Origin: a bacterium
GTDB taxonomy: Bacteria; SZUA-182; DTGQ01
Assembly (NCBI GenBank): GCA_040752695.1
Contig: JBFMGO010000018.1
Location: forward strand, 804 to 64,803
DNA length: 64,000 nt
Reading direction: 5' to 3'
Shown here: piece after piece, positions 60,301 through 64,000 of the stretch
Position numbering within the stretch: the first letter of the stretch is position 1
Layout: every line of letters begins with the position of its first letter
The notes under the pieces: generated by a model
The model's input: the letters and a program-made list of their open reading frames with translations, nothing else
Told to the model about the DNA's origin: nothing
The model's database searches: none
Translations under genes and position numbers: made by a program

Positions 60301-60536
60301 ACGAAGCCACCAGTTCGCTCGATACCGAATCGGAGCAGGCCATCCAGAAGAACATGAGGGTCATTCTGCAAGGGAAAACCGCCCTCATCATTGCCCACAG
60401 GCTGAGCACGGTACGAAATGCTGACATCATTTTCGTTATCGATAACGGAGAAATTATCGAACAGGGGACGCATGAAGAGTTGATGAAAAGGCGCGGCCTG
60501 TACCACTACCTGAATCATCAACAGCTTAACTTGTAG
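57357..60536 (+). CDS. Peptidase-C39-domain ABC transporter with two N-terminal cyclic-nucleotide-binding (cNMP) domains (bacteriocin/peptide processing exporter)
   Basis: Two cNMP motifs (GG.IFDQG....FYLV.SG.V....RGDHFGE.AL; GDVVFRQGA...FYLVESGKL....REGDFFGEKAL). C39 active site (QMTCGTTCL Cys, HYVVVY His). Six-TM ABC membrane domain. Walker A (GRSGSGKST), LSGGQKQR, Walker B (IIIFDEATS). Confidence 0.85.
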   Translation: MDINDLLQFIRKITLFSIFSDEELAQLTRVAELKSISAGGLIFDQGTSGKEFYLVYSGKVRIVQKNEKKQEINLGVRTRGDHFGETALITDKARNAAARAAEDSVLVSIDRQLFYDYFYSKPELREYFDKFIRYTSIHQFLKSCTELSSVPPQQLQALVQNFHSEFFKEGDVVFRQGAEPDKFYLVESGKLKVVRWGGKSRQIINFLREGDFFGEKALVEDSRRYADVVCLTNCTLFSLSKETFYELVPHSPKIKKVFEDRIRSYLTDKPPIPYQEIIKQEMAALQDIHVQKGDSQGNSQGASKGTSKDASKRASRGYSGEEASPLDEKPGYGKRFSTLYYRNIHFPFIMQHDQMTCGTTCLMMIARYYGKNFSSSRLRELAHVDLSGSSLANLASAAEQLGFSTRGMKLRYDTLIAVHLPCIVHWQGYHYVVVYRASEKNVRVADPALGLRIYTREKFLDNWNGITLSLEPTPEFEKQTEDKTSFRNFIQFVRPYKLILLEILVASILMNLFGLATPIFTQNVIDKVLFHHNASMLNIMLTGMVLVLIFQFLVSVLRQYLIVHTSMKIDLRMLVAFYKHMLSLPLGYYKVRKVGDFISRFGENKKIRSFLTNTALTMVLDTILISVYLSLMFYYNVQMTGLALLFMPIFITITLIFTPMFKKLNVDSFAAQAESESHLIESVNGIDTVKAMNIEYPTRWKWEDKYIKSLNIDFKLFNTAIYFHSLGDFVGALSSTIILWYGAQKVMQGTISVGELMAFMALMGSVITPVNRIITAWDTIQQTMVSVDLLNDVFTAKAEFSESMEEATGLVISEPRGEIAFENVYFRYGGENDAYILSNITLRIAPGQTAAIVGRSGSGKSTLVKLIARFYDVTEGKISIDGCDLKNIDLTSLRNMVGFILQDNFIFNASIRENISFGDPEETMGKVIEAARLANAHDFISGLGQGYETRVGDSGLQLSGGQKQRIAIARVLYRNPKIIIFDEATSSLDTESEQAIQKNMRVILQGKTALIIAHRLSTVRNADIIFVIDNGEIIEQGTHEELMKRRGLYHYLNHQQLNL

Positions 60537-60619
60537 GATCTGACATCCATGGAATCTGAAGAAACAGGGACAGGGGATCTGAAGATAGCAGGGACAAGGG
60601 GTCTCAAGAAAGCAGGAAC

Positions 60620-62260
60620 ATGGAATCTGAAGAAAACAGGGGTAGTGAATTTGGGCAATCCGGTTTGGCAAAAGCGGCACCGGATGAGCGGCAGATTGCG
60701 CAATCCGGTCTAACGAAAGCGGCGCCGGATGACCGGCAGATTGATCAATCAAATCTCCTGAAGGTAACACCCAATGACTCACCTTCTGAGAATTACCTGG
60801 TGACGGAGCATCTTCAAAAGATGCCCAGTCTGTTTGCCAGGGGATTGGTCTATGTCATAGTATTGATGCTGGCTGTCGCCCTGGTCTATTCCCTGGTAAG
60901 CAAAATCGATATTGTCGTGGAAGCCTTATCCCTTGCCCGGCCCGTCTCACATAAGATAAGAGTCGTTTCCGACAGGACCGGATACATAGTTGATATAGGG
61001 ATCTCAGAAGGTCAGAACATTCAAAAGGGCGCACCTTTGTTTTTCATCCTGTCAAAAGAGGCGATCTCGTACCGGTCCAGAATCGATGAGCTGCATCATA
61101 CAATCCCTCTTAAGGAGGAATACTATCGAAACAGCATATCATCTGCCCAGGACGAATTGGATCGCCTGAGAAGAGAGCTGCCGAACACCTTGACGGTAAA
61201 AAGACTGAAGCTTGAGCAGAACCGGCTTTCCCTTCATGCACTTGAAGTTGATCTTGCCTTCTGGCAGGAGGAAGTCACGAATTTGAAGAAGGAGTTTGAA
61301 AACACGCGAAAACTGTTTGAAAAACAGCTTACCTCGATAGCGGAATATAACAATATCAAGAGCCGGTTTGAGCGGGCAGGTACAGAAGTGAATAAGATTA
61401 TTTCCCAAAAGGATATTACGGAAAAAGAATATCGGATTATGCAACAGGAGTTCGAAAATACGCAATCTGGCTATGAAAGCAAAATAGCTTCTCTTGAGAA
61501 GGAGATCGAGAATCTTGAGCTTGAAAAAAAGTCCGCCATTCAGTCTCTTCATAGTGAGCTGGAAATGAAGGAGAAGATGCTCTCACTGCACGGAGATGCC
61601 TCGTATGGAGATACGCCACGTGGAAATCCATCACGTAGAAATGCATCACGTGGAAATGCATCCCATGGTGAGAAGCAGCGTAGAGATATATCGCATGAAA
61701 ATGCCGGTTTCAGTGCCAATACTCCTTTTGATACTAATATTTCTATTGTTACCAATACTCTTTTTGGTATCGATATTCCTTTTGGTATCGATACTCCTGT
61801 ACAACCGTCCGATGAAAAAGATAAAGGGACCATCATAAGAGCAGACAGGGCAGGCATTATTTCGGAGCTTTATTTCAGAAACAAGGGCGAGTACGTCCGG
61901 GAATCCGATCTTTTGTGCACCATTCTCCCACTGGACAGCCCTCTTCATATGGATATTATGGTGGCTAATAAGGACATCGGCTTTATCGAGGTTGATATGG
62001 AAATAAAATATAAATTTGATGCTTTCCCCTATGCTGATTACGGGACCCTATCCGGGAAGGTGCTCTCCATTTCTCCCTCAGCCGTTGAAGATAAAAACCA
62101 GGGATTTATCTACCATATCAGAGGGAGCCTCCAAAGGCCGTACTATGAAATTAAGGGAAAAAAATATTTTCTGAAACCCGGCATGACGGCTACAGCCGAG
62201 CTGGTAACCGAGAAAAAAAGCATCTTTTCAATTTTGTTTCGCAAGGTGAAAATGCGATAG
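60620..62260 (+). CDS. HlyD-family membrane fusion protein (type I secretion adaptor) with an internal low-complexity insertion
   Basis: N-terminal TM. Long coiled coil. C-terminal beta-barrel segment (LSGKVLSISP...). Insertion encoded by a 15-nt tandem repeat (catcacgtggaaatg) at about 61590-61680. Confidence 0.75.
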   Translation: MESEENRGSEFGQSGLAKAAPDERQIAQSGLTKAAPDDRQIDQSNLLKVTPNDSPSENYLVTEHLQKMPSLFARGLVYVIVLMLAVALVYSLVSKIDIVVEALSLARPVSHKIRVVSDRTGYIVDIGISEGQNIQKGAPLFFILSKEAISYRSRIDELHHTIPLKEEYYRNSISSAQDELDRLRRELPNTLTVKRLKLEQNRLSLHALEVDLAFWQEEVTNLKKEFENTRKLFEKQLTSIAEYNNIKSRFERAGTEVNKIISQKDITEKEYRIMQQEFENTQSGYESKIASLEKEIENLELEKKSAIQSLHSELEMKEKMLSLHGDASYGDTPRGNPSRRNASRGNASHGEKQRRDISHENAGFSANTPFDTNISIVTNTLFGIDIPFGIDTPVQPSDEKDKGTIIRADRAGIISELYFRNKGEYVRESDLLCTILPLDSPLHMDIMVANKDIGFIEVDMEIKYKFDAFPYADYGTLSGKVLSISPSAVEDKNQGFIYHIRGSLQRPYYEIKGKKYFLKPGMTATAELVTEKKSIFSILFRKVKMR

Positions 62261-62404
62261 GTAAAGATAAGGTTAGGTGAGATTGAGGTAAGTGAAGTTG
62301 AGGTAGGCGAGGCTGAGGTAGATAAGGTTGATATAGATAAAAATGAAGTAGATAAGGAAGTACCCAGGAATGAATATACTTCAAGACCAGGGAATGCCTT
62401 CGAT

Positions 62405-62438
62405 TCCCCCTTTTATAAAGGGGAGTTGGGGGATTTTT
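62405..62438. repeat. Short palindromic repeat ccccttttataaaggggagttgggggattttt (second copy at 41573-41608), here nested inside longer inverted repeats (ccagggaatgccttc ... gaaggcattccttggg)
   Basis: Direct reading of both copies. Confidence 0.55.
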
Positions 62439-62538
62439 GATATAAAATGGGGAAGGCATTCCTTGGGAAATCCCTAAGAATAAGGGAGATAAAAACGAGG
62501 GAAGAAATAAGGGAAGAATTGAGAAAAACATCTAACAT

Positions 62539-63285
62539 GTGGAGGTATTGGTCATGGAAACGGGTTATGCGCAGGGAAAAATTTCGTTTGAAGAAATAGT
62601 AAAATTTCTTGCCTTAAGCGGTATGGCTTATAGCATTTATCCCGAAGTCATAAAATATAAAGAGACGCGAAAAAAAGCAGGGGAACTTGGATTAACGGTT
62701 TCAGATGAACAGCTTCAGACATTTGCTGATAATTACAGGAAAGCTCGGGATCTCTATTCGGCCAGGGACACACATGCTTTTCTGGAAAACTCCGGCCTTA
62801 CGGCAGGCGATCTTGAATCCTTTTGTGAATCGATGATATTAATAGACCTTCTCAAGGAACACCTGGCAGATGAAAGGAAGGTAGAAGAATGCTTCGTCAA
62901 TAACCGCGCTGATTTCGATTTGGCCAGAATTTCAATCATAGCCGTAAAAGAAGAGAATCTGGCCAATGAGATTATCATGCAGGTGACAGAGGATGGCGAA
63001 GATTTTCATGCCCTGGCCAGAAAACATTCCATGGACCAGAAAAGCAAATATTCCGGCGGCCATATTGGCCTGATATCTCGTCGTTTGCTTGGACCAGAAA
63101 TAGCTGCCAAGGTATTTAATGCGTCAAGTGGAGATGTGCTTGGCCCGTTTAAGATCAATGGCCTGTTTCAATTGATCCTGGTCGAGGAAGTGATAAGAGC
63201 CGATCTCTCCAACCTGAAGGTTAAGGAAAAAGTTAAAGAGAGAATATTCAACGAATGGATTGGGCAATTATACCCAAGGAATTAA
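62539..63285 (+). CDS. Parvulin/PpiC-type PPIase-domain protein (NifM/PrsA-like), downstream of HlyD
   Basis: C-terminal rotamase-like segment (ISIIAVKEEN...FHALARKHSMDQKSKYSGGHIGLISRRLLGPEIAAKVF...GDVLGPFKINGLFQLILVEEV). Confidence 0.45.
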   Translation: MEVLVMETGYAQGKISFEEIVKFLALSGMAYSIYPEVIKYKETRKKAGELGLTVSDEQLQTFADNYRKARDLYSARDTHAFLENSGLTAGDLESFCESMILIDLLKEHLADERKVEECFVNNRADFDLARISIIAVKEENLANEIIMQVTEDGEDFHALARKHSMDQKSKYSGGHIGLISRRLLGPEIAAKVFNASSGDVLGPFKINGLFQLILVEEVIRADLSNLKVKEKVKERIFNEWIGQLYPRN

Positions 63286-64000
63286 CAGGAAAAAGGTTCA
63301 CTTTCGGGCAGCCCGGCCAATAAGTCACTGAGTACACGTTGGGAGAGGTATTTTTTCTTGACAATCCTTTTATATGAGTGACACCACCTTCACTATAGTT
63401 TACCACCGCAAGGACGAGCGAATCAGGTCTCATGCAGTTCTCCGTTGGCTGGGTCCTCTTATGCTTATTCATAAAGCAGAGAGTGAAGCGCTTTGTTGTG
63501 CGCTAATATTCTCAAATATCAATTAGCCAATTACACAATGATACGACTTGGCCTTCATTGGTTAAATTTGCACCGTTTGTTAGAGTACAATTCTCTAATT
63601 GATTATATTAAACTCCTATTTCTAAGATGCTTTAGAATTTTGCCAATCACTGCCAATCATGGCCATGTATAATGTCCCAATTCACTCAACTACCTTGGAT
63701 TGATGGCATACAACGCTTCTTTATGTAACTAATCAGTGCGATCAGGTTATTTCCCATAGAGGAAGATTATGAGGATTGAAATCTTTCTATCGTTTGCTTT
63801 AAGAAGAAAAATTTAAGGAATCGATTACATCAAACATTAATATGGCGATAAACAGCACACTATGGGCCAGAATGCCGGGGAAGGCATGAAATCGAGGTAG
63901 CGTTGGAAAAGGATATCTCTAATTACCAAAGTCTTATCCTTGTCTATTGTTGTTTCTACCCGATGTGCTTGCCTTATCATCTCCTTGAAAATACTGAATG

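Overview
This window looks like an anaerobe chromosome with an energy-metabolism core between about 10 and 30 kb. The gene set (Tat-exported selenocysteine formate dehydrogenase FdhAB plus FdhE, a periplasmic-type [NiFe] hydrogenase, two large multiheme c-type cytochromes, a fused AhbA/AhbB-like siroheme decarboxylase) points to a sulfate-reducer-like Deltaproteobacterium/Desulfobacterota. That assignment is inference from gene content only.

The core, all on the minus strand:
- fdhE, then fdhA (one in-frame TGA encoding selenocysteine), then fdhB.
- A [NiFe] hydrogenase small subunit, large subunit and maturation protease, with an embedded ~700-aa multiheme cytochrome c where a cytochrome b usually sits.
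- A separate 1142-aa cytochrome with 15 CxxCH motifs and an internal duplication, preceded by a parallel beta-helix protein.

The left edge carries a 5'-partial IS4-like transposase that appears to have truncated an FG-GAP repeat gene. Housekeeping genes follow: an M18 aminopeptidase, an S1-domain protein, the AhbAB-like decarboxylase, a lipoprotein and a parvulin PPIase.

The right two-thirds is accessory-like. It holds glgX, an epimerase plus a remnant fragment, two CgeB-like glycosyltransferases, an S8 subtilisin, an SDR oxidoreductase, two paralogous beta-propeller repeat lipoproteins, a glutaminyl cyclase fusion, a LysM protein, a methyltransferase, a flavodoxin and a nitroreductase.

Two candidate novel systems stand out:
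- At 30.5-34.6 kb: a PqqD-like RRE protein, then a radical SAM/SPASM enzyme fused at its N-terminus to a membrane SPFH (stomatin/band-7) domain, then a second radical SAM/SPASM enzyme, then a 99-aa Trp-rich small protein, with an S8 protease downstream. This is a RiPP-like or GeoRSP-like maturase cassette with an unusual SPFH fusion.
- At 54.7-63.3 kb: a 59-aa double-glycine-leader peptide (too short for the ORF track), divergent from a TolC-like outer membrane protein, a C39-peptidase ABC transporter with two N-terminal cNMP-binding domains, a HlyD membrane-fusion protein and a parvulin-like protein.

The window is also rich in dispersed palindromic repeats, microsatellites and tandem DNA repeats that encode low-complexity protein linkers. 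No rRNA, tRNA or CRISPR was recognised.
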